Origin: Nemertoderma westbladi
Lineage: Eukaryota > Animalia > Xenacoelomorpha
NCBI GenBank assembly: GCA_032718475.1
Contig: JAUCBJ010003734.1
Coordinates: 62,001 to 126,000, forward strand
Reading direction: 5' to 3'
DNA: 64,000 nucleotides
The position numbers were made by a program, and so were the translations under genes. Below are positions 11,640 to 21,214 of the stretch, in pieces. Numbering within the stretch: position 1 is the stretch's first letter; each line of letters begins with the position of its first letter. A model generated the notes under the pieces. It did not search any database, was not told the origin of the DNA, and worked only from the letters and a program-made list of their open reading frames with translations.

Positions 11640-14600
11640 CTAATTCTGTTTTGAGGCAGGAGACAAATTATAATCTCCCGTCTCGATACGTGTCTCCTCT
11701 AATAACACAATATCTTGGACCGGTCGGTCCAAGGTGTGTAAACCATTAGTTTTACACTTCTTTGGGTGCGGACACTTGCACCTAATTTTCACAGTGACTG
11801 TGCGCACTATGTTTTGCACGTCTGGGTGTATATGCAAGATCACTCCCGTCTCCCAATACTTTCTCTTGACAATAGGTTCGGTTATCAGTACGTAATCTCC
11901 CCTTTGGAGACTCCGAACCGTTTTGTACCACTTTGTTCTGGTAGATATGGTGGGAAGATAGTATTCCCGCCAATATTCCCAGAATGTGTACGCGACTAAT
12001 TGAGTCATTTTCCAGCTTTTACGACTATATAGGTCGGCACTAATGGGTTCTGATGCCGGCACAAGAAATGCTGGACTCTGCATTAGCAAATGATTCGGCG
12101 TTAATGCAACACCGTCTGGCAACATAGCTATCGGCCTCGAGTTTAGTGTATGCTCGATTTCAATGAAAGCTGTGACCAGTTCGTCGTCGGTAAGTTGTTT
12201 GTTCACAGGCAATGTTTTGGCAATGGCCTGCTTTACAGAGCGAACCAAACGCTCCCAACTTCCTCCTCTCCAAGGACTTTCTGGAGTATTAAATCTCCAT
12301 TCTACTCTTTGCGGCAAAAGTGCTGCAGAAATTTCCTTATTCTGTGCCGCTTTATGAGCCGCGTTCAACTCGCTATTCCCCCCGACAAAGTTTGTACCCT
12401 TATCGGAGTAGAACGCCTTTACTAGTCCTCTCCTGGCCATAAATCTCTTCAAGGCCAGGAGCAGAGATTTGGTCGACATGTCTGCCACACGCTCAATGTG
12501 TATGGCTCTACTAGCCATGCATGTCAGTAGCAGACCCCATCGCTTGTGGGTCAGCCGTCCACTCTTTGCTTCAATCGGACCAAAACAATCCACCCCTGTG
12601 TTCGTAAAGGGTGGGTCATATGCCTGCACTCTCGCTTCCGGGAGTTCAGCCATCTCCTGTTCCAATACTCTGGCGTTCACTCTCTTGCAAACCAGACAGG
12701 CGTCATACATGGTGCCGACTGCCCTGCTTGGCTGCAATAGAATGAATCGCTGTCTCGCTGCCGACAGACAGTGTAACTTTCCCGCGTGATGTAACCGCTT
12801 GTGTATATCCCATAGAATCGCTCTTTGCAATTCTATTGGGTGACTAGGGATTATCACTGGGAACCGAAACTGTGAGTTTATGTCGACAGTCTGGATTCTC
12901 GATCTATGACAAATCAAACCCTTATGGATTAATGGACTCCATTTTCTAAGGGGTTTATAGAGAACTGGTCGTTGAGCCGATAATAGATGGAATTCTTTCG
13001 GGAAGGCACACATTTGATAGTGTTTCAAATGCTTTAATTCCGCTTGATCAATCTCATCCTCTGTCAGAGGTTGTTTCAATTTCTGAATTCGCTCACTATT
13101 AGCGCTCGATGGTTCTCTCAAATGTTTCGAATGTTTTATACAAAGGTACGAAACGTATCGGCTTAACCACGCAGTTCTTTTACAAATTGTCAGCCAAGAG
13201 GCAGACGAATTTAGTAATTTGTCATAAATACTACATGGCTCTAATGCCAGCGACGGTTGTCCGCTAACTAATGGAAGTTTCGAATCCAAACCCGCAGGTT
13301 TGGAAACCAAAGGCTCCATTTTGTCGGTCATTTTCTGTCCGTCACTTACCAATTGTGACTGTCGTCTAGTCTGTAAGGGTGGTTTTACGTCGTAACTTAC
13401 CCTTCCGGACCTAGTCGTCACGTAAGTCTGTTGGTCTGACAGGTCTCCGGGCCGCTCCAATAACTCTCCAGGCCGCTCCAATGACTCTTCAGGCCGCTCC
13501 AATGACTTGAATTTGGCTTTAGACTTCGACTTAGAGACTTTCTCCACCTTGACTTCTGCATCTTTAGGCATCGGATTGGTCACTATCTTTAGTCGCTCTG
13601 GCCAATGTTCCTGTGTCCTCGTTAGAAAATCAGGTCCATGCAACCAAAACTCCTGCGACTCTTCCTGACCGAATTCCGCCGGCATTGCACCTCTCGAAGT
13701 TATGTCGGCCAGGTTCAACACTCCCGGACAATGTCTCCATTGTTCCTTCGTCGAAAAGTCGACGATCTGAGCGCGTCTGTTGGCCACAAATGTCTTTAGT
13801 GCAATATTGTCGGCCGCAATGTATACTAACACCAAGGATGCGTCTGTCCAATAGAATAAGGTCAATGTCGTGTCTAACTCCTCAATTATCTGCTTACTTA
13901 CCTCGACCGAAACTACAGCCGCCTGTAACTCTGCACGAGGGACAGTCATGTATTTGACCGGCATTGTCTTTGATCTAGAAGTCACAAAGGCCGTCTCAAA
14001 TTTGTCCTGACTTACCTCTCGGCGAAGGTAGGCTACCATACCAAAGCCGGTGTCACTTGCGTCACTAAATAAGTGGAGTTCGAGATCAGCTGGGAATACC
14101 AGCTGATTCGGAAAGTAGGAACGGGGTACATCTATATTTTTCAATAGATGCAACTCGGCTTCCCACTCCCTCCACTGCTTTGCATGTATAGGATATATTG
14201 GTTCGTCCCACTCTAAGTCGGACAACCAAATTTTCCTCATGCACGCTCGTGCCTGTAATATAACCGGACTGATAAAGTTCATCGGGGCAAATAGTCTACT
14301 TAAAGTCGATAAGCAAATTCTCTTTGTCAAAATTTTGTCTGGGCTACTGGGCTCAAATCTAACTCTTACCTGGAACTTATCTGAGTTCGGATTCCAAGCG
14401 AGTCCCAGTACTCGCGCCATGGGAATTGGTTCTACCCCCAATTCTATGTCTCCGCTCCCGCGATCTTTCACCGGGAACGACTCTAATATGGCCTCCGAGT
14501 TTGTAGTGAACTTGGTCAGAGGAAATCCCCCTGTAGCCAAGCACTCTTGCAGGCCGTGAGCCACTTCTATGGCTTGTTCCGCTGTGTCCTTGGACACCAA

Positions 14601-17600
14601 TCCGTCGTCCATGTAGAAGTTTCTCAAGATGGACTCGATCACTTCTACTGGATACTTACCAATCTGGGCTGTTGCCGTTTTCTTTAAAACAAACAGCGTG
14701 CCGTTTGGACTATCGCGGGCGCCAAATATCCTAACGTACATCTGGTATGTAACCACTGGGCCGGATAAGTCTTCATTCTCATACCAGAGAAAGCGAAGGC
14801 TATCCTGGTCTGCCTTACAGGCTCTTACCTGGTGGAACATCGCCTCGATGTCACAAGTAAATGCGAATCGCCGCTGTCTAAAATGCAACAGTATTCCAAT
14901 CAAATAGTTATTCAGGTTGGGACCATCCATCAACTCTGAATTCAGGGACATACCTCTATAGACTGCTGCGCAGTCGTTGACTACTCGGACTTTGTCTGGC
15001 TTGTCAGGGTGAGTCACATAGTGGTGTGGAAGGTAATAAGTCTGGTCAGTCACTAAGTCAGGGTCCTCTACCTTCCCAGCAAATCCCTTGGCAAAATAGT
15101 TGTTGATCTGGGCGCAATACTTCTCCCTAATGTTCGGATTCTTTAGCAACCGAGCCCTTACTCCGTTCAATCTTTTCAAGGCTAAGTTGTAGTTGTTCTC
15201 CAATTTAGGAGGTTGTCGACGCCACAACATTCCAACTTCAAAATGTCCAGTCGGTAGCAGACGTATGGTATCTTCCATCATCTCCAGCGACCGCTTCTCA
15301 TCAGTGGACATGGCTAGGTCATATCCACCGGGTTCCATTGCGTCCCTATCCAGCCATTCGACGGTTCTGGCTCCTGTCTCGAGGTCCTGGCGTATCAATT
15401 CCTTCTGTAACTCCTCCTCACTGTATTGGAAAATGTCTAGGTCTCGATATTTAGCCACTTGACCCTCCACTATGTCTGTATAAGTCAAAACGTTAGTCAA
15501 ATAAGTAGCGTGGGCCGCTGAACCAGACCCACGGGTCTGATAACAGTAGTCCTCGGGTTCACTATCTGTCCGGTCGTTATGAAGTGGTTCCGACAACCTA
15601 ACATTATCGGGAATCAACTCCTCGTCCGACTCGCTAAAGTCACTATAGTGGTCGATACAGGTCCTCCTAAACTCGTCTATGTCCGGTGGTTCTACTAACG
15701 GTGGTTGAGTTATAGGCTGTAATTCATCGTATCTGTTCATTGGCTTGTCGCCACCTGTAAACTCATAAGACATGGGTACTCTTGTATACCAACCTAGTAT
15801 GGTCCTATGGGCATGTGGTCCATTGACATGCGGCTCAGCTGGTCTCGTTTCCCATATCTGGTGTGCGATCAGCTGTTCTGCACCAATCAACATAGAAACA
15901 TTCCTATAACCTACCTGATGTCTGGGTATCCTGAGCTTGTCAAAATACTCCTGTGCTATGGGACTCATCGGCGGCACCTTACCTAACTGCCTGCCGAATC
16001 CCTTCATAGCTAGACACTTAAATCCGTCCAATGGCAAAGCTTTCCGTTCTTGTCGAGTGTGTTGGTCTCTCGGAAGTAGGGAGTCTAGTTCCACCGAAAT
16101 TCTGTGTCCCTTGAGGTCTCCTACCCCATGCATAGACTTCAACTCTATTTGGATCTCCTCGGCGTCCTGGAAGCTAGAAACAGCTCTCGCCACTTCTTCG
16201 TCGATATACGATAATGTGGACGCAGTGTCCAACATGACATATATTCGCTTCGATCGCTTATCGCCAGTGAGTTTCACCGGAATCACGCTAAATATTTCCG
16301 ACGTGGCCGATGATAGATACGTCCGCGCGCTGGTCGATGAACTATCCGCGGTGAAACCTTGGCAGGTCACCTCTCTCGCGCTCGACTCGCCATCCTCGTC
16401 CGACGAACCTGGTTGATAACCATCGTCCTGGATGCCAGTGTACGTATTCCTCCTTATCGATATGGGTTCTTTGCTCCCCTTCCTGTGAGGATTTCGCTGT
16501 AAGTAACGGTCCGTTGGGGTATGGAAATCCGCATGTAGCAACTTGTGATGTAGTCTGCCGCATTCCATGCATCCGTCCTTGCTGTTCGGGCACTGCCGCC
16601 GTACATGACCTGGCGCAAGACATGCCCAACAGGTGTCCAACGTCCGCACTTGAACTCTTCTCTGTTCCGAATTTAATTCTTTGAACCGTCTGCAACTATC
16701 CAACTTATGGTCGTCAGATCTTACCTCCTTTAGTAAACAGTATTGGCAACCTACAAATCCATCTGGCAACTCCTGTTGCTTTAACCTAGGTCTATCTAAC
16801 CGCTCACCTGACCATACTCGCGAGTCTGATCTAAAGGCTGGGGTACTCGAATTATATCTGTCTACTGAGTTATAAGTCACAGTGGTCCTGTCATCGTCAA
16901 AACTTACCATAGACTTACCGGTAACAGGTTTAGACTCTCTCATATTCTCCTCTGAGAAGTTTGATTTCATCTCTGCTACTGTGTCTGTGGCTATCATGTC
17001 ATGAATGTGCTGAAGTGTCAACACCTTACCTTGACCCTCCAACTTATTCTCTAATTTGCGCCATTTCTGTCGGTAACGCATGTTTAGACGTCTTATTACG
17101 CTTTTCAAAACTTCGGCGTGATCACCATGATGAGGTAGATTCACCGTCCTTAAGATGTCCAATGCGTTCGAAATAGCGTTCGCTAAGTTCAACAGCTCTA
17201 ACGGAGTTGTAATCCTTCCGCCCTTACCCAAGTCTTCCACTATCGACTGCGCCATCTTGGTTTTATTCCCGTAGATGTCGCTAAGCGTCTTCATCGCTAA
17301 CTCGAATGCTCTTTCATTGCCGACGAAATTATCAGCAATGGCTCTAGGTTCTCGATGGAGCATCTGAAGCAAATAGTTGAACTTCTCATTGGGAGAAAAG
17401 GTGCTGTTGGTTAGCTGCTCGTCGACATAGGTTTTGAAAGTCCTCCAGTGCTTATGGTTGCCCATAAACTTTTGGGGTTGTTGCGTCGGCAGTCCTTGCC
17501 TAGCAGCAAACTTACCTATGTCCCTAAGGGTTGCGTCGTTCCGGGTTAACAAATGGTTTAGTTCCGCAGGGTTATTAAGTCTGGTCCTTTCCCGGTGGTT

Positions 17601-20021
17601 CCAACTTACCTGCTCCGTGTCGGTCCTTCTTTCCTTATAGTTTCGGGACTTCTGACGTCTCATTTCTTCCTCTTCATCACTTGACTCGGTGTCAGTCCTT
17701 AGCGCTCGCGATGGTTTGCGCGCTGAGGCCCTGACCCAAGCGTCCTGAATAAATTTCTCGGCCGAATTTTCGAAATTGGGATTATGAATATTCGGGACAG
17801 GCGTCCTTACCTGAGGTCTATGTGGTATAGTCTCCTCCGATATGCGTACTCGTTGACTAGGCTGGACTTTATCTAACTCAGGCCTGCTAGGATTTGAATT
17901 ACTTCTTACCTGGGCTGCTTCCTTTAACCGTAGGTTACTAAGCATGTCCGTTATAGGTTGGATGTGCGGCGATATAGCTTGCGCTAAACTAGCACTTAAC
18001 TCATCCCTCGTAATAAATTCCTGGCTAGGGTTCTGTTGTATAGTCGGCTCTATCTGAGTAATCCGCTGTCTCTCATATGATCCCTCTTCCGGTTTAACCC
18101 GGAAGTTCTCCGTCGAACTGGGTCGGCGTTCCGTCCGCGTATTCCAAACCCGCGGGTTCGGTTCGCCCAATACTCGTCCCGTTGGAGTTTCTTCTCTAAA
18201 TTCTCCATTGTCTCGTTCGGTGTATAGTGGTGCGGTGTTCCGATGACGTGGATTCTGCGCGATAGGTGAAGCACTAATACCAACTGGCGTGCGATATGTA
18301 GGGAACGGTTTAGCGATCCGTGTACTCGTAATAGCTGGACCGGGTATAGGAATTCTGGTCGTCGTCGACTCGCGTATGGTCGGAGTTCTCGCTTCCTGTT
18401 CGGCCTTCTGCAGTGCGAACAGTTCTCGCAACTCTGTCCCTACACTCGCCCCACATTCTTCGATCATTCGCATCCCCTTCTCGGCGATTTCGTTCGCCTT
18501 CCTAGTCCGTTCTTCGCTCTCTAAACTTAATCTCGCACTTTCCAACTGCGCCAGTTTACGTTCTTCTTCCTCCCTTGCTCGTCTCGCTGCGCCCTCTTCT
18601 TCCACACGCGCCTTCTCTTCATACAACGCCCGTCGCTCCCTCTCGCGCTCAAGTTCGCGCTCCTTGCGCTCGCGTTCGAGTTGGAGTTCGCGTCTTCTTT
18701 GCTCGCGTTCCTTAGCTTCCCGTTCGCGTTCGCGTTGGAGTTGGAGTTCGCGTTCTTCGCGTTCGCGTTGGAGTTGGAGTTTGCGTTCGCGTTGGAGTTG
18801 GAGTTCGTGCTCTTCGCGTTCGCGTTCAAGTTGGAGTTCTCGTTCTTCCAGTTCGTGTTCCGCTTGCTCACGCTTACCTTTGTCTTCCAACTCTCGCAAC
18901 TTTGCGTCTAACTTACGTGTGCGCTCCCGTTCCCGCTCGGCCTCCTTCCGTGCTTCCGATGCACGCAAAACTTCCGCCTGTTGTTCGTCCAGTCGGCGTC
19001 TTCTCTCCTCCGCCGAGTTGTGAGAAACAAGGGATCTAGCACATATCACCTTCCCTCGCGCGTGACTAACCTGGGAATCGCCGCTGTCTCTGGATGCATC
19101 GTCGGGTGGAGTCAACGTCCTCTGTTGGATGTTCTCCGTCGTCGGTAGCACCTGGCCCGGTACCACCACTCCATTCTGCATCAGCCAGCTAGTAACTTCC
19201 CTTTGATACCTGCGCTCCTCCTTGTCTTGGATCTCTTCTCGCTCCACTAAGTCTCTCAACTCTGCGTCACTCACCTGAGTCGCCTGCACTTGTGATGCCC
19301 ATAGCAGCCAGTTCTCCATCCTAACTCGTCGGAATCGCTCCGATAACTCGCGGTGCTCCAACAGGGCTGCCAAAACCCTATCATAAATCCTCGTCGCCAC
19401 GTCGCTCGACTGAGACTCTACTGCCTTCTTCGCTAGGACTGCAAGCTCCTCCGTCTGCTTGAATAACGCTGAGTTATATCCTCTTCTAATCTCTACTAAC
19501 TCTACCCTCCCGATGTTCGCTGAATCTGCTAACATTTTCCTTACCTTGTCCGCCGTCCGAGTTATATGTCCGGCGTGCGCGCGAAGTTTCTTCTTTATCG
19601 CGATATCCAGTTCTCTCTCGCTTACCTGACTCACACTCGGTGGACTTGAAGGATTATTTCGGGAACTACGGGTACTCCTTACAGCCGTCGGGACCACGGC
19701 ACTTACCATACCCACAGGTCTGGAAACTGGGCTCCGGGCTCTCACTTCTGCTACACTACCCTCCCTATCACTCACCTCTGTCCGGGCTGCTGTACAGTCC
19801 TTCCTTACAGTAGCGGTAGGGGATCCTAATACTATTACTTGAGGTTGTTGTTCTTCCTCACTAGTCACTGTCTCGTCCTCCTGTTCACTTACGTCAGCGT
19901 CGCTCGCTGCGTCGTCATAGTCGGCATTGTCGTCAACAGTAATATTTACGCTATCGTCAGTCGGCGGTCCAGCCGCCGTCTCATAGCTGTCCTCTAGTGC
20001 CTCCTTGTCTGAGACACTCAT
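11640..20021 (-). CDS. gag-pol: BEL/Pao Gag-Pol polyprotein, 2793 aa, single intact ORF
   Basis: Coiled-coil N-terminus; BEL-type Cys/His cluster (CQYC..H..C, CWACLAPGHVRRQC, CMECGRLHHKLLH); protease LDTAS; RT YLPHH...DIEAMFHQV...YMDD; RNase H FSDAS/PRAEL/WTDA; integrase HHCC plus DCFGP, SDKGTNF, WERLVRSVK. Order PR-RT-RH-IN. Confidence 0.97.
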   Translation of the reverse strand: MSVSDKEALEDSYETAAGPPTDDSVNITVDDNADYDDAASDADVSEQEDETVTSEEEQQPQVIVLGSPTATVRKDCTAARTEVSDREGSVAEVRARSPVSRPVGMVSAVVPTAVRSTRSSRNNPSSPPSVSQVSERELDIAIKKKLRAHAGHITRTADKVRKMLADSANIGRVELVEIRRGYNSALFKQTEELAVLAKKAVESQSSDVATRIYDRVLAALLEHRELSERFRRVRMENWLLWASQVQATQVSDAELRDLVEREEIQDKEERRYQREVTSWLMQNGVVVPGQVLPTTENIQQRTLTPPDDASRDSGDSQVSHARGKVICARSLVSHNSAEERRRRLDEQQAEVLRASEARKEAERERERTRKLDAKLRELEDKGKREQAEHELEERELQLEREREEHELQLQRERKLQLQREREERELQLQREREREAKEREQRRRELQLERERKERELERERERRALYEEKARVEEEGAARRAREEEERKLAQLESARLSLESEERTRKANEIAEKGMRMIEECGASVGTELRELFALQKAEQEARTPTIRESTTTRIPIPGPAITSTRIAKPFPTYRTPVGISASPIAQNPRHRNTAPLYTERDNGEFREETPTGRVLGEPNPRVWNTRTERRPSSTENFRVKPEEGSYERQRITQIEPTIQQNPSQEFITRDELSASLAQAISPHIQPITDMLSNLRLKEAAQVRSNSNPSRPELDKVQPSQRVRISEETIPHRPQVRTPVPNIHNPNFENSAEKFIQDAWVRASARKPSRALRTDTESSDEEEEMRRQKSRNYKERRTDTEQVSWNHRERTRLNNPAELNHLLTRNDATLRDIGKFAARQGLPTQQPQKFMGNHKHWRTFKTYVDEQLTNSTFSPNEKFNYLLQMLHREPRAIADNFVGNERAFELAMKTLSDIYGNKTKMAQSIVEDLGKGGRITTPLELLNLANAISNALDILRTVNLPHHGDHAEVLKSVIRRLNMRYRQKWRKLENKLEGQGKVLTLQHIHDMIATDTVAEMKSNFSEENMRESKPVTGKSMVSFDDDRTTVTYNSVDRYNSSTPAFRSDSRVWSGERLDRPRLKQQELPDGFVGCQYCLLKEVRSDDHKLDSCRRFKELNSEQRRVQVRTLDTCWACLAPGHVRRQCPNSKDGCMECGRLHHKLLHADFHTPTDRYLQRNPHRKGSKEPISIRRNTYTGIQDDGYQPGSSDEDGESSAREVTCQGFTADSSSTSARTYLSSATSEIFSVIPVKLTGDKRSKRIYVMLDTASTLSYIDEEVARAVSSFQDAEEIQIELKSMHGVGDLKGHRISVELDSLLPRDQHTRQERKALPLDGFKCLAMKGFGRQLGKVPPMSPIAQEYFDKLRIPRHQVGYRNVSMLIGAEQLIAHQIWETRPAEPHVNGPHAHRTILGWYTRVPMSYEFTGGDKPMNRYDELQPITQPPLVEPPDIDEFRRTCIDHYSDFSESDEELIPDNVRLSEPLHNDRTDSEPEDYCYQTRGSGSAAHATYLTNVLTYTDIVEGQVAKYRDLDIFQYSEEELQKELIRQDLETGARTVEWLDRDAMEPGGYDLAMSTDEKRSLEMMEDTIRLLPTGHFEVGMLWRRQPPKLENNYNLALKRLNGVRARLLKNPNIREKYCAQINNYFAKGFAGKVEDPDLVTDQTYYLPHHYVTHPDKPDKVRVVNDCAAVYRGMSLNSELMDGPNLNNYLIGILLHFRQRRFAFTCDIEAMFHQVRACKADQDSLRFLWYENEDLSGPVVTYQMYVRIFGARDSPNGTLFVLKKTATAQIGKYPVEVIESILRNFYMDDGLVSKDTAEQAIEVAHGLQECLATGGFPLTKFTTNSEAILESFPVKDRGSGDIELGVEPIPMARVLGLAWNPNSDKFQVRVRFEPSSPDKILTKRICLSTLSRLFAPMNFISPVILQARACMRKIWLSDLEWDEPIYPIHAKQWREWEAELHLLKNIDVPRSYFPNQLVFPADLELHLFSDASDTGFGMVAYLRREVSQDKFETAFVTSRSKTMPVKYMTVPRAELQAAVVSVEVSKQIIEELDTTLTLFYWTDASLVLVYIAADNIALKTFVANRRAQIVDFSTKEQWRHCPGVLNLADITSRGAMPAEFGQEESQEFWLHGPDFLTRTQEHWPERLKIVTNPMPKDAEVKVEKVSKSKSKAKFKSLERPEESLERPGELLERPGDLSDQQTYVTTRSGRVSYDVKPPLQTRRQSQLVSDGQKMTDKMEPLVSKPAGLDSKLPLVSGQPSLALEPCSIYDKLLNSSASWLTICKRTAWLSRYVSYLCIKHSKHLREPSSANSERIQKLKQPLTEDEIDQAELKHLKHYQMCAFPKEFHLLSAQRPVLYKPLRKWSPLIHKGLICHRSRIQTVDINSQFRFPVIIPSHPIELQRAILWDIHKRLHHAGKLHCLSAARQRFILLQPSRAVGTMYDACLVCKRVNARVLEQEMAELPEARVQAYDPPFTNTGVDCFGPIEAKSGRLTHKRWGLLLTCMASRAIHIERVADMSTKSLLLALKRFMARRGLVKAFYSDKGTNFVGGNSELNAAHKAAQNKEISAALLPQRVEWRFNTPESPWRGGSWERLVRSVKQAIAKTLPVNKQLTDDELVTAFIEIEHTLNSRPIAMLPDGVALTPNHLLMQSPAFLVPASEPISADLYSRKSWKMTQLVAYTFWEYWREYYLPTISTRTKWYKTVRSLQRGDYVLITEPIVKRKYWETGVILHIHPDVQNIVRTVTVKIRCKCPHPKKCKTNGLHTLDRPVQDIVLLEETRIETGDYNLSPASKQN

Positions 20022-21214
20022 AGTCTAAATAATGTTTGCCTTCCGGCAAAATATCTCGCAAAAGTTCGAGGTATAATTATAATTTAACCGAAATACGGTC
20101 AAATTATTTGTCAAATAATCAGTTGGTCCAAATGTCAAATAAATTCACAATGCAATATTGTGAATTTAATGGGGTATAGTTATAGCAAATACTAGCACAA
20201 TATTTAAACAAAAATATTATTATATAGCTACTATATAGTATTAAATACCGGTATAGCACAAAATAACTTTGAATCTAATACAAAATATTCAAAATAAACT
20301 TGCTACCCGAATATTTCTAATTTTATATATATAGCTCTAATCAACGCAATTTTAATTTCAAATATTATATGTATCCACTAGCGCGTGGCTACATCTTCGG
20401 GTTGCGACTCTCTCTAACTCTCTCTCTAACTTGAGCGATTCAAAAAACCATGGCCGGCTAAACCTAAATATCCTAACTAATAAATTGAGTTCAGCTTCGC
20501 AGTTAAACAACCGGTAATTTTTTACTGCTTCCACAAACACAATGGTGCCAACAGAACAACTAACCTTGTTTGCTGTGAGATTCCACGTCCGCGTCCAAAG
20601 ATTCAGGCCCTTCGCTGATTGCAAACCGAACCCGCAGACCCACACGAACCCCAAACTCAGAAGTCCCGTCTTGCCATGTATCTCCAGATGGTATAAAATA
20701 ACTAAGCGGTTACCTAACATACCGGTACAAAACTCTAGAATTTTACAAAATAATTTTGACCGAAACTGAATTCTCGCAAACCTAGCTAAAATTTTCAAAA
20801 CTTACTAATTACAAATTGCCCTAAGGCCTAAGGAACTGCTGTATTCGCAATTAGCAAAAACGCACTACCGTACATCCACTGTATGCAGCACAGTAAGTAA
20901 AACAGTACACCAACCTAATAGCCTAATGATACTGTGTGTGGTACGGCAAAACAAATGTCCCTTCTACCGTACGCAGTAACAGCAATCAGCCTAATGTACT
21001 ACTGTACTATTGTACGCAGCCAATGAATACAGTAATCTAAACTAGTAGCCTAAAAGAATATATTCAATGTTCTACCGTACGCTAGCCTATAACAGTATAG
21101 CCTACAGCAGACGATCACGTGCTCCAACTTATTACTTAATACTGTGATACTACTAATCAGCCTAAGAATACACTATTGACTGCTGCAAGCAACAGCCAAT
21201 AATGCGCGTATTAC

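Noticed and set aside
18289-19023. Antisense and alternate-frame ORFs over gag (244 aa, 114 aa) and other shadow ORFs over pol and ORF2
   Set aside because: By-products of repetitive, stop-poor coding sequence on the other strand or frame; low-complexity products.
20626-20643. Seventh copy of the 18-bp palindrome in the 5' UTR of element B
   Set aside because: Only the left half (CCGAACCCGCAG) matches, so it was not counted.
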